Virus record (IMG/VR): IMGVR_UViG_3300028191_000002
Coordinates: 1-54,160 of that record
Reading direction: 5' to 3' (one strand)
DNA length: 54,160 nt
Source: a virus
Taxonomy: Duplodnaviria; Caudoviricetes
The position numbers and the translations under genes are program-made. Position 1 is the first letter of the stretch. Each line of letters opens with the position of its first letter. This document shows positions 1-9,043 of this stretch, piece after piece. The notes under the pieces were generated by a model. The model had not been told where the DNA came from and searched no databases. It was given only the letters and a program-made list of their open reading frames with translations.

Positions 1-127
1 AGTAACGGATGATTACCTGGAAAAGTTATATCTGGTTTATCTTGAGAAAACGGATTCAAGCTCTAATATTGAAACATTGAATGAACAGTTTGAAGCAGCA
101 GTAAAAGAAGTTACTGATGATGCTTGG
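1..127. repeat. Terminal direct repeat, copy 1 (127 bp); indicates a circular or complete contig
   Basis: Identical to 54034-54160 and lies inside a continuous reading frame, so most likely an assembly overlap. Confidence 0.95.
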
Positions 128-3100
128 CTATTTCAGATGCCTGAAAAGCTGGTTGCAGATGAGACAGAACCCGAATTCAATTTAGAACCCAAAGCAGATA
201 TACCTGAACCAGATATACCACCAGTCCTAAACGCGAAGAAGATGACCTCTGCCGATACTGAAGAAATGCCAATGGACGAGGTGTATGATGTAGGGACGTT
301 GATAGGTTTGACTGAGGAACAGAAAAGTCTATTAGCCCACGTAAAGTATGCAAGTGTTACCAAAAATAAAGTGTCACCAATGGCAGTAGTTTTGGATGAC
401 AGCGGATATTCAACATATGAAGTGGATAACGATGTCAAAAAAGTAATCGCCGGACATAAAGATATCACCCTGCTAATGGCGCACGAAGGGGAGTATAGTT
501 TTTTCGGAGGCGAGGTAGATAAGTTAGCCACTGTTCCAGAGTTCAAGACAGCTTATCTTATAACCAACAACGGTACGATATTCAAACTTGAGAAGGATCC
601 GGAGCACAACCTCCTAACACCAGATTTTGCGAAGGGGTTAACCTCAGGTATAGATTATGCAAACACACTAAATCTTAATGAAGGTATGGATTCTGAAGAA
701 GCCTATTTCCAAGCAAGTGTCTCAACCTTCGATGTTTATGGTATTAAGTTGACCAAAGAATACGACCCCGTCGCAATACTTCAGGAAAAGGAGGATCAGC
801 GGGCATTGGACGAATACCACATAAGTCGGGCAGATCTCGGTATTGTACCCCGGGACAAACTGAATTTCACAGAGCATTTCAAAGAAAAAGCGGATAGTAA
901 CTTTAAGCAGTTTGTAGCACGAAAGGTTAGTAGTAATAAAACGTTCGATGGAAAAGACGTGAGCGATACTTATGACCAGTTAACTGGTGTCTATAAGCAA
1001 TCTAATATCCCCGGACTTCATGCAGCAGTAGATAACTATGTAGGTAGTAACTATCAGCGAATAAACGGCTCCTTACGTTCCGACCCATCCGTCTTCTACC
1101 GCAAGTTACGAAATGCACATACCGGATTAAGTGAAGATGAAATTCAAGCGACTATCCAAGAAACGTATGCTTTGCGAGATAAGGTAACCACTGCCATTGC
1201 CAAGCAGCCACCCACGACTGAAGATATGGTGGTATATCGTGGTGTTCGGGTAGCATTAGAGGATATGAAAAAGAAGCCGGCAGCGTTAGACGATTTAGTA
1301 ACCCTTCCTGGTTTTACATCATCATCTTTGGAAGCATCAGTTGCGAATAGCTTTATGAACAGTGGGAATATCATTTATCAGATAGATATCCCGAAAGGTA
1401 GTACAGGGGTCCTATCGGGATTCAATTCTTCTGAAAAAGAAGTCTTGTTCCAGAATAACTCATCATTCCAGGTTGTGGAGACCCAGAAGTCTGGTGCAAG
1501 AACCATAGTCCACCTACGCTACGTGTCTCCTGATTCGCCAGCAGGCAAGATAGAATCCTTGAATATAAGCGATAAAGATAAGCAGGAACTCATTACAAGA
1601 TCTTACAACAACTCCTTTACTTTTGACAAAACGATGTCAGTGAAAGGAGAGACAGTATGGAAAGCTTTTCAAAGTGGGAAGTTAGATTCCGGCGGTGCTA
1701 CGGATGCCTTTGGACGGTATTTTACAGACATCTATCCTGCCGCAACTACTCCAATTTCTCAATACTCACCTCGGACAAAGGCAGCGTTGTTTGATATGCC
1801 AAACCACGACTACTACTATCGTAACAAGCTGATGAGGATGGGCGAAGAATTGTTTGTCCAGGAAATGAAGGTTAACCCCGGGGATGACCCGAATCCTTTG
1901 AAAAGGTTACAATCGTTCAAGGAATACAATGCCACTGTACTCCAAGCATTCGACGAATGTAAGCCCACAACGGAAGAGTTGATAGTCTTTCGTGGTGAGG
2001 AGTTTGATGCAACCGTCCTGCACCCTGAGATTATCCCGATTGGGAATACCTATTCGCCAGCAGGTATAGTTAACACTTCTTTGGATGCAGGCTGGGCAAA
2101 GAACTTTGAAAGAGATGGTGGAACTGTTTATCAGATAGATATCCCGAAAGGTAGTACAGGAGTAGTTGGTGGTTTCAATGAAATGGAGACAGAAATATTA
2201 CTGAATGATAAGTCAACATTCCTGGTAAAGGATTATAAGGTAGTAAATGGTAAGATTAGTTTGGTTCACCTCCAATACATCGATCCAAAGCAGATAAAGG
2301 AAATCGACGATGCTATGGTAGGACCAAGGTTATCTGGCGAAGCACAAACGGCCTTCCGATGGAAACAGCAAGAAGCAGACCGAAAACAGATGAAAGAGAA
2401 TTTGACAAAGCATCTTGAGAAGGTAGCAGTAGAGCAGGCACGGGAGAAGGCAGAAATACAAGCGGAAGTTAGCCGCCAGATATGGGTAGTTGAAGATTCT
2501 TGGGATAACCCGATAGGACAGTTTAGTACACCAGAAGCGGCAGATTACTTTATAAAACATGGAACGAACTTGACAAATGTTAGGCAGAAGATATATGTTA
2601 AAGATACAGCTATCGATCCGGCGACAGACTTCTGGACGAAGGATATGGATGGGAAGAAGACAGTAACGCCTTTAACCGTAGTGGAAGAAGTGCAGAAGGA
2701 TACTACCACCAAACCAAAAATAACTCCACCCAATGATTATGTTTGGCAAGTACTGGACGCGGAATCGGGTGAAGCTATAGGACAGTTTCTTACTATGCCA
2801 GAAGCACAGCACTATGCAGCAATAAACGGTACTTCTACTATCAATATCAATAAGCTTAAGATTATTGGTGGGGTAAAACCGGATATAGATTTATGGCATA
2901 TGGACGAAGATGGAATGATAGTCTCGAAGACACCGAAGACACCGAAGAAGAACGAGCCAGAAAAGAAAGGCATAGTTGAGAAGCACATCGCCCTTCCGCA
3001 GGACTTTGTGTGGGCAGTGAAAGATGAGAACGCCGGTTCCATCGTTGGTCAGTTTGAGGAAAAGTGGGAAGCAGAAGCATACATAAAGCAGATGGACATA

Positions 3101-3196
3101 CAGGCAGTAGCAGTCAAGAAAAAGATCCCTGGTGGCATTACGCCAGCGGAAGATCTTTGGTTTGTGGACGAGACTGGTGAAACGAATATGGGATAA
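1..3196 (+). CDS. C-terminal part of MuF minor head protein fusion (starts at 52721, ~1502 aa in total): two VIP2/Alt-like ADP-ribosyltransferase domains and three C-terminal repeats
   Basis: In frame with ATG 52721 across the 127-bp overlap with no stop. ART1: VYRGV...FTSSS...SEKEVL. ART2: VFRGE...VNTSL...METEIL. Three W-x-V-x-D...GQF...D(L/F)W repeats. Confidence 0.88.
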   Translation, partial: VTDDYLEKLYLVYLEKTDSSSNIETLNEQFEAAVKEVTDDAWLFQMPEKLVADETEPEFNLEPKADIPEPDIPPVLNAKKMTSADTEEMPMDEVYDVGTLIGLTEEQKSLLAHVKYASVTKNKVSPMAVVLDDSGYSTYEVDNDVKKVIAGHKDITLLMAHEGEYSFFGGEVDKLATVPEFKTAYLITNNGTIFKLEKDPEHNLLTPDFAKGLTSGIDYANTLNLNEGMDSEEAYFQASVSTFDVYGIKLTKEYDPVAILQEKEDQRALDEYHISRADLGIVPRDKLNFTEHFKEKADSNFKQFVARKVSSNKTFDGKDVSDTYDQLTGVYKQSNIPGLHAAVDNYVGSNYQRINGSLRSDPSVFYRKLRNAHTGLSEDEIQATIQETYALRDKVTTAIAKQPPTTEDMVVYRGVRVALEDMKKKPAALDDLVTLPGFTSSSLEASVANSFMNSGNIIYQIDIPKGSTGVLSGFNSSEKEVLFQNNSSFQVVETQKSGARTIVHLRYVSPDSPAGKIESLNISDKDKQELITRSYNNSFTFDKTMSVKGETVWKAFQSGKLDSGGATDAFGRYFTDIYPAATTPISQYSPRTKAALFDMPNHDYYYRNKLMRMGEELFVQEMKVNPGDDPNPLKRLQSFKEYNATVLQAFDECKPTTEELIVFRGEEFDATVLHPEIIPIGNTYSPAGIVNTSLDAGWAKNFERDGGTVYQIDIPKGSTGVVGGFNEMETEILLNDKSTFLVKDYKVVNGKISLVHLQYIDPKQIKEIDDAMVGPRLSGEAQTAFRWKQQEADRKQMKENLTKHLEKVAVEQAREKAEIQAEVSRQIWVVEDSWDNPIGQFSTPEAADYFIKHGTNLTNVRQKIYVKDTAIDPATDFWTKDMDGKKTVTPLTVVEEVQKDTTTKPKITPPNDYVWQVLDAESGEAIGQFLTMPEAQHYAAINGTSTININKLKIIGGVKPDIDLWHMDEDGMIVSKTPKTPKKNEPEKKGIVEKHIALPQDFVWAVKDENAGSIVGQFEEKWEAEAYIKQMDIQAVAVKKKIPGGITPAEDLWFVDETGETNMG

Positions 3197-3217
3197 CTTA
3201 GTATAAAGGAAGTAACA

Positions 3218-3403
3218 ATGACTTATATAACAACGCAGGAAGTAGCAAGCAAATTAGGATGTAGTGAAGAGACGATACGTAATATGATTCACGAAGGGAA
3301 GATACCCGCCCTCCGTCTTGATAGGACATATCGGATGGACTGGTTGGAAGTTCAGAGGGCTTTATCTGTTACTACCAACACAATTAATACGGGGAGACCC
3401 TGA
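3218..3403 (+). CDS. Excisionase-family/MerR-like helix-turn-helix DNA-binding protein
   Basis: YITTQEVASKLGCSEETIRNMIHEGKIPALRL fits the HTH_17 pattern; RBS AAGGAAG. Confidence 0.8.
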   Translation: MTYITTQEVASKLGCSEETIRNMIHEGKIPALRLDRTYRMDWLEVQRALSVTTNTINTGRP

Positions 3404-3429
3404 TTGCCAGGAATGTTAAAACAAAAGAT

Positions 3430-3458
3430 TTGACTTCCTCCGCCAGACAACTTAAAAT
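3430..3458 (+). promoter_or_regulatory. sigma70-type promoter upstream of head operon
   Basis: TTGACT-N17-TAAAAT. Confidence 0.65.
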
Positions 3459-3482
3459 TTATATTATTAGAAGGCAGTAAGT

Positions 3483-4595
3483 ATGGCTAAAGCACTAAAC
3501 ATAGGCAGTGGATTGTTACTTTCCAATTCGGTAGACGTAGGTGTCGGAATAGGCACTATGCGTCAAGAGAACGGAGTGCCAGTTTATCGGTATAAGAAGG
3601 AAGTTATCCGTAGTGGTAAATATTTCAAGGACGCCGATAAGCTGGCATTTACTGTAACAAAGGAAGTGCTTGACCATTGGGCGTTAACCTTCAGTAAGTG
3701 GAAGAAGGGTGGGAATAAAGTGGCAGTTCCTGAAACGCACGATGGTGCTCAGGATCCGTCGAAGAACCGAGGGTGGGTAGTTGAGATGTTCCGAGAAGGA
3801 GATTCTCTATTCGCAATCATGGATTTGTATGGTGCAGACTCGCCGAAAGTCGCTGCCACCAACGACGTGTCCATCTATTCCCCGGTAGAAGTAACAGATG
3901 GTGCGGGTAACGTTTACGCCCGTCCTATTACACATATAGCATTATGTATGGATCCGGTCATTCCGGGACTATCTAAATTTGAGGCCATCGCGGCTTCTCG
4001 TAAACCTCTAAAACAGGAGTATCAAATGGATTCAAAGAAATTAGCCGGTCTCTTGGGATTATCCTTGGATGAGAAAGACACCGACGAAGAGAAGGACAAG
4101 AAAATCGAAGCATCAATCAAATCTCTGAAAGCGAGTAAGGCAGTAAAGGCTTCCGCGGAAGGTGAGGATTTGACTGAGGAAGAGAAGAAGAAACTGGCTG
4201 AGGAAAAGGCCAAGGCAGTAGCTGCTTCTATGGAGGAAGACGAAGAGAAGGAAAAGAAGGCTGTCGCCGCTTCCCGTTCTGCTGTTAATCCTATGATGTT
4301 AAGTTTGGCATCCGAAAACCGTGAGATGAAACTATCTCGTCTGGTAACGGCTGGCAAGATAACCCCAGCAGTATGTGAAAAGCTGAAAACGAAGTATGTC
4401 GATAAGGACGCCCTTACGCTTTCATTGGCTCGCGGTGGCGACGACTTTGACAGTGTCGTAAGTATGTTTGCAGAAAACGATCCAGTAGCTTTACGCGAAC
4501 AGTCGGGTCCTCAACTACTCCAACTCGGTGACCTTCTGAAGACGGGTGGAAAGAACCCACTTTTGGCGGACGCAGAGGGCAGGACAAAGAAGTAA
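3483..4595 (+). CDS. Mu gpI-like prohead protease/scaffold, with probable internal scaffold start at 4026
   Basis: Lies between MuF and decoration/capsid genes; ETH...GWV, SIYSP and HIAL..P motifs; charged coiled C-terminal half; AGGAG RBS before in-frame ATG 4026. Confidence 0.75.
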   Translation: MAKALNIGSGLLLSNSVDVGVGIGTMRQENGVPVYRYKKEVIRSGKYFKDADKLAFTVTKEVLDHWALTFSKWKKGGNKVAVPETHDGAQDPSKNRGWVVEMFREGDSLFAIMDLYGADSPKVAATNDVSIYSPVEVTDGAGNVYARPITHIALCMDPVIPGLSKFEAIAASRKPLKQEYQMDSKKLAGLLGLSLDEKDTDEEKDKKIEASIKSLKASKAVKASAEGEDLTEEEKKKLAEEKAKAVAASMEEDEEKEKKAVAASRSAVNPMMLSLASENREMKLSRLVTAGKITPAVCEKLKTKYVDKDALTLSLARGGDDFDSVVSMFAENDPVALREQSGPQLLQLGDLLKTGGKNPLLADAEGRTKK

Positions 4596-4645
4596 CCTAT
4601 CCAAAGGCATAGGTCATCTTGTCAAAGTCCAGTAGGGACAAAAGA
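4596..4645 (+). repeat. Intergenic element copy A (degenerate): CCTAT-N8-ATAGG-N9-box
   Basis: cctatccaaaggcatagg followed at the same spacing by caaagtccagtaggg. Confidence 0.75.
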
Positions 4646-4690
4646 TAACGCAGTATTTTAGAAACAAACCATAGACAAGGAGTATTTATT

Positions 4691-5080
4691 ATGTTAGAAG
4701 AGCAGGCAAGATTAAATGATGTATTGCTATTTGAAGAGCGAGCAGAATTTGGCTGGTGTCGGAAAGCCGCAGTGCTTTCTAAAAACACGGGTGCTACTGC
4801 TGATGTTGAGATTGGAACAGTTCTGGAAAACGATTCCGGAGACTTTGTTCCGTGCACTACTGGAGCCAATGCCAATGGCATCCTCCTGACACACGTTACT
4901 CAGGCCGAGACAATTGCCGCCGACGTGGACGTTATCGTGCTATATCGTGGACCAGCACTGTTGAAGGATGCCGGTATCGTCGTTGGCTCAACTATCCTCA
5001 CTGCTGCGAAGGCGGCGTTGGCAATTCTTGGTATTGAGGTTCGTACCACACCAACCAAGTATGAAGAAGGTCTGGATTAA
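4691..5080 (+). CDS. Head decoration protein (lambda gpD-like)
   Basis: Size, GTVL...ANGILL motif, position immediately before the capsid gene. Confidence 0.75.
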   Translation: MLEEQARLNDVLLFEERAEFGWCRKAAVLSKNTGATADVEIGTVLENDSGDFVPCTTGANANGILLTHVTQAETIAADVDVIVLYRGPALLKDAGIVVGSTILTAAKAALAILGIEVRTTPTKYEEGLD

Positions 5081-5136
5081 GTGTTAGCATAAGCGTAGTT
5101 AGCACAAACAATTAAACTCTTACAAGGAGAATAAAA

Positions 5137-6138
5137 ATGCCGGAATTAATGTTAGATATGTTCAAAAGTGATGTTTTTGGCGTTACCAGTTTAACCCAGG
5201 CCATCAACCTACTCCCATACAAGCCGTCTAAGATTGGCTCGATGGGCTTGTTCGAATCCGCGGGCGTGGCAACAACCACACTTACCATTGAAGAAAAAGC
5301 TGGTATACTCGCGCTGCTTTCCACGAAGGCAAGGGGTGAAAATCGTGCTACGATATCCAGGAACGAAAAGAGAAAAGTTCGTTCCTTCGCTATTCCTCAC
5401 ATTCCATATGACGATACCATATTGGCTGAGTCAATTCAGAATGTGAGGGCGTTTGGATCTCCATCGCAGCTCCAGGGCTTAGTCCAGGTAGTGAACGATA
5501 AGATGGCACAGATGCGTCAAGATCATGAGTTAACCTTGGAATATCACCGAATTGGCGCTGTGAAGGGTGTCGTTCTTGATGCAGACGGAAGTACAGAACT
5601 CTACGACCTGTTCGATGAATTCGGCGTGTCGCAGACAACTGTTGACTTCGCACTCGACACAGTTTCAACGGATGTTCGTTTGAAATGTATCGATGTAGCC
5701 CGGGCAATTGAAGAGGCACTCGGGGCATCGATGTATACTGGTATCCATTGCTTCTGCGGTGCAGACTGGTTTGATGCTTTGATAAGTCACGAGTATGTGA
5801 AGGACGCATACCACAGATTCCAGGATTCCGTGAACCTCAGAAATGACCCGAGGAAGGGTTTTGAGTTCGCCGGGATTATGTTTGAGGAATATCGCGGGTC
5901 TGTCGGTGGCGTAAGCTTCGTTGATTCGTCCACGGCACACTTCTTCCCGACTGGTGTAAGTGGTCTATTCAAGACCTGGAATGCTCCAGCTGATTTTATT
6001 GAAACTGTCAATACTATCGGCCTTCCGATATACGCTAAGCAGGAAAGAATGAAGTTTGACAAGGGTATTGAAATCCATACCCAAAGCAATCCGTTGTGCC
6101 TGTGCAATCGTCCATCTGTTCTTATCAAAGGAACGTGA
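5137..6138 (+). CDS. Major capsid protein (Phage_cap_E family)
   Basis: FGVTSLTQAIN...TLEYHRIGAVKGVVLDADG...APADFIETVNTIGLP...QSNPL. Confidence 0.92.
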   Translation: MPELMLDMFKSDVFGVTSLTQAINLLPYKPSKIGSMGLFESAGVATTTLTIEEKAGILALLSTKARGENRATISRNEKRKVRSFAIPHIPYDDTILAESIQNVRAFGSPSQLQGLVQVVNDKMAQMRQDHELTLEYHRIGAVKGVVLDADGSTELYDLFDEFGVSQTTVDFALDTVSTDVRLKCIDVARAIEEALGASMYTGIHCFCGADWFDALISHEYVKDAYHRFQDSVNLRNDPRKGFEFAGIMFEEYRGSVGGVSFVDSSTAHFFPTGVSGLFKTWNAPADFIETVNTIGLPIYAKQERMKFDKGIEIHTQSNPLCLCNRPSVLIKGT

Positions 6139-6197
6139 TAAGCGGGTGTTAAGTAAGAACTATTAATTCATTTCTACATTTGTAGAAGGAGTAATAT

Positions 6198-6608
6198 ATG
6201 GGATACGATTGGTTTAAGAAAATGCTTCGAGTACTGATGGTCGGCGTTAATATGGCCGAATCTGTCTTTACCTTTACGACGAAGGATGGGTCAACCGGAA
6301 TCGTGGTAAAGGATTCTGACGGAGCCACGGTAGCCGGCATTGATAGCAATGGTGTAGTTACTGGATCTTCTTTTGTGGGACCAGTAACTGGCACAGCATC
6401 TAAGTTGCCAATATTTGCAGCAGGAGCTCTTACAGCTGCCTGTACACAAGCAGAGTTAGTTGCGATCTGTGGAGTGGCAGCAACTCTTGGTGCTGGTACT
6501 ATATTCGTCGTAACGGCGAATAGTGGAACTGGTTCTGGAAAGACGTACCTGGTAGTTAGTAATGGAACTACCTGGGACTATGTTCTTACAACGGTCGGCT
6601 CCGCTTAA
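6198..6608 (+). CDS. Hypothetical virion protein (G/T/A-rich, beta-rich)
   Basis: AAGGAG RBS; directly downstream of capsid. Confidence 0.55.
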   Translation: MGYDWFKKMLRVLMVGVNMAESVFTFTTKDGSTGIVVKDSDGATVAGIDSNGVVTGSSFVGPVTGTASKLPIFAAGALTAACTQAELVAICGVAATLGAGTIFVVTANSGTGSGKTYLVVSNGTTWDYVLTTVGSA

Positions 6609-6627
6609 CCCAAATAAGGAGCAACTA

Positions 6628-6855
6628 ATGGCTCTAACACCAGATGATAAAGAATACATCAGATTAGTTATCGCCGAGGGTCAGGCGGCCTTAGTCAATA
6701 AAATTACCGACAGTGCTATTGAGACCCACATTAAGTTATGCCCCCACGGTCAGGCTTTACAAAAGAATAAATCTTTCTTGGTAGGATTGGTTATCGGATG
6801 TAACCTGACTGGTGGTGGGCTGGTTTTAGCAGCAATCAAATTCCTTGGAGGGTAG
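6628..6855 (+). CDS. Small membrane protein with C-terminal hydrophobic helix (holin candidate)
   Basis: AAGGAG RBS before ATG 6628; FLVGLVIGCNLTGGGLVLAAIKFL. Confidence 0.5.
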   Translation: MALTPDDKEYIRLVIAEGQAALVNKITDSAIETHIKLCPHGQALQKNKSFLVGLVIGCNLTGGGLVLAAIKFLGG

Positions 6856-6856
6856 T

Positions 6857-7123
6857 ATGTTAGATAAAGATGAGTGGATAAAGAATCCAGAGACAGCAAA
6901 GGCTTCTCTGCTCCAAGAAATACGGGAGAGGATGACAGGTGGTCATCCTTGTTCCGACTCAATTACGGGTACAGATTGTCCATGCCCGACTGGTTCAGTA
7001 TGTGTATATAAAGTTCAGTATGATGAATATCAAAGAGTGAAAGCCACACCAGCGGTTACTCTTGCCAAAGAAGAATTGGCCAGAATACAGTCTCTACCAC
7101 AAACAGTGGAGGATGACGAATGA
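6857..7123 (+). CDS. Hypothetical Cys-containing protein
   Basis: GGAGGG RBS; ATGA overlap with next gene. Confidence 0.55.
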   Translation: MLDKDEWIKNPETAKASLLQEIRERMTGGHPCSDSITGTDCPCPTGSVCVYKVQYDEYQRVKATPAVTLAKEELARIQSLPQTVEDDE

Positions 7124-9027
7124 GTTTAGTAAATCTATACAAACCAAATGATTTTCAGGCAGTAACAGGTATCGTAGCAGGTAATCTGTTGAACTCCTAT
7201 CGTCTAATGGATCACATTGATTTTAGGCAGGGGACGTTCCAAGATGGAGCCCCAGCATGGATTGATTCTATACGCCCATATGCGGAATATGGAAGTGGTA
7301 AAGGTATCTTACGGTGGAATCCAAAAATGTATTCTGGTGCTTATGTAAAGTCAGTAGTATACGATTTTATTCCAAATACTTGGTATTATAATGGACAAAC
7401 AGTATGGTATGCTAATAATTTCTGGTACTTTATTGGTGATGAAGGCACAGTAGTACCCACACCAGCGGTAGGGGTGAGTTGGCAGTTATATGAAACTTGG
7501 GTTCAACTAGCACCAGAAACGGGCTACCCCGTCGGAGCTCGTGTAAGAAGAAATGGTTTACTGTTCTCAAGCTGGACGAATAACAATGCTACTGACCCGC
7601 TAATAAATGAAAACTTAGACTGGGAAGAAGTTGTGCAGCACGGTACTCAGTATGCCCCAACACCATACACTCCGAGAAATGCGGAAGAGGCATATGCGTG
7701 TGAAGTTTATATGGGAAGCAATGGGTACTGGGGCGGTGTGTTGTCGTTTGGTGCCTATGCTTATGGAACAGCGAATACTGTTGGTACTACCGCAGCACCA
7801 TTGTATGGATACTTTGACTTCAACGGATTCAAGATTTACAATATGTACATGGATCGTCGGGTTACCGAGACCATGGCAGGGGTAGGTAGTTCTACTAACA
7901 ATCCAAGTGCAAGTCAAAGAGCGGCTTTAATACCATACCTTGGAATAGCTACTGGCGATCCGTTCAATGGATCAACACCAAACTTTGATAGCCCGTGCAT
8001 CTTAAGCACAAATAGTTCAAGTGTTGTCTATTCCACCAGCTATAGTACAAGTTACCCGGATCCTATGACAGGCGGTATAGTTATTAGAAATGGCTTCGTT
8101 CTGAACCAGAATAGATTAGGTGGTATGGTGAGTAATAACAATACCCTCCAAATTTTAGGTGATGTTGATGTAGAAGGACGGCTGGTTAACCTAATGTTAC
8201 GAACAACCGCAGAAACGACCCAGGTAGGGTTTGTGTGTGGTAATTATCAGATATTAAGGCTCACAGAAGGAGACGTTTGCAACCAGGGCAATATTCGAGT
8301 TCGTGGTTCGATGTATATTGGACGTCCGGCGGTGTTGATTGGTGGTTTGTATGGGCGAATAAATATGTCTTCAGGATTACCACACACTTACAACTGGGGT
8401 AATATTGACGTAGAAGTAGATATAGAAATCAACGGTGTCTCCGGATTAGCTACTGGCATAAACACCAACAGCGTTGGATTGTTTGTTGGACATACTGCGA
8501 ACACAGACGTTACACTACCAGCCTGGGTGTGCAATCTGAAAAACGTCCTCTTGAAAGGATCTGTAACACAGCTTTGGGTCGAAGGACAACCGGCGTGCAA
8601 TATCAGCGGCTTGCTTGGTAAGAATACTGCTACGTGTACTTTTAATGTTGAGTCATTAGTGGCCGTGTTGGATTTGTCAAACCAGGCCGGCGATTGTTAT
8701 GCAATTTGTTTTGAGAATCTTGGTGTGGTTGAGATAGATAGTTTATATTATGTTGGTATATCTGGAGAAATAGTTGGAATAGGGACAGACGTAGATGCTA
8801 TACCACATGTGTTAACCTTGGATGGAATGAAAATCCAAAGCAATTTTACAGAATTAGATTTTGATGGTGATTGGATAATGAGTGCCTTTACGCCGATGCT
8901 GCGGGATTTTACTTTAGAAGAGATTGGCGTCTTTGAGCAGAATAATATAGTAATCACTGTTAACGTAGAGAAGAATAACTTTATGTGCGTTAATAGTTTG
9001 GTTTCTTCAAATAACTCCGTTTGCTAA
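7120..9027 (+). CDS. Putative virion appendage/adhesin with CBM5/12-like aromatic modules and a beta-rich C-terminus
   Basis: WYYNGQTVWY..NFW and YPVGARVRRNG...DP....W modules; N/G/V-rich body. Confidence 0.5.
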   Translation: MSLVNLYKPNDFQAVTGIVAGNLLNSYRLMDHIDFRQGTFQDGAPAWIDSIRPYAEYGSGKGILRWNPKMYSGAYVKSVVYDFIPNTWYYNGQTVWYANNFWYFIGDEGTVVPTPAVGVSWQLYETWVQLAPETGYPVGARVRRNGLLFSSWTNNNATDPLINENLDWEEVVQHGTQYAPTPYTPRNAEEAYACEVYMGSNGYWGGVLSFGAYAYGTANTVGTTAAPLYGYFDFNGFKIYNMYMDRRVTETMAGVGSSTNNPSASQRAALIPYLGIATGDPFNGSTPNFDSPCILSTNSSSVVYSTSYSTSYPDPMTGGIVIRNGFVLNQNRLGGMVSNNNTLQILGDVDVEGRLVNLMLRTTAETTQVGFVCGNYQILRLTEGDVCNQGNIRVRGSMYIGRPAVLIGGLYGRINMSSGLPHTYNWGNIDVEVDIEINGVSGLATGINTNSVGLFVGHTANTDVTLPAWVCNLKNVLLKGSVTQLWVEGQPACNISGLLGKNTATCTFNVESLVAVLDLSNQAGDCYAICFENLGVVEIDSLYYVGISGEIVGIGTDVDAIPHVLTLDGMKIQSNFTELDFDGDWIMSAFTPMLRDFTLEEIGVFEQNNIVITVNVEKNNFMCVNSLVSSNNSVC

Positions 9028-9043
9028 GAAGGAATAAAAAGAG

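Noticed and set aside
1-127. Biological terminal repeat or att site
   Set aside because: It falls in the middle of a coding frame and 127 is a common assembler k-mer length, so it is best explained as circular overlap
77-3196. Stand-alone 1039-aa protein starting at TTG 77
   Set aside because: The frame is open upstream across the junction to ATG 52721, and there is no RBS at 77
3218-3403. Excisionase implying a temperate lifestyle, or an immunity gene for the MuF toxin
   Set aside because: No integrase, repressor or att site was recognised, and the sequence is a generic HTH_17 protein
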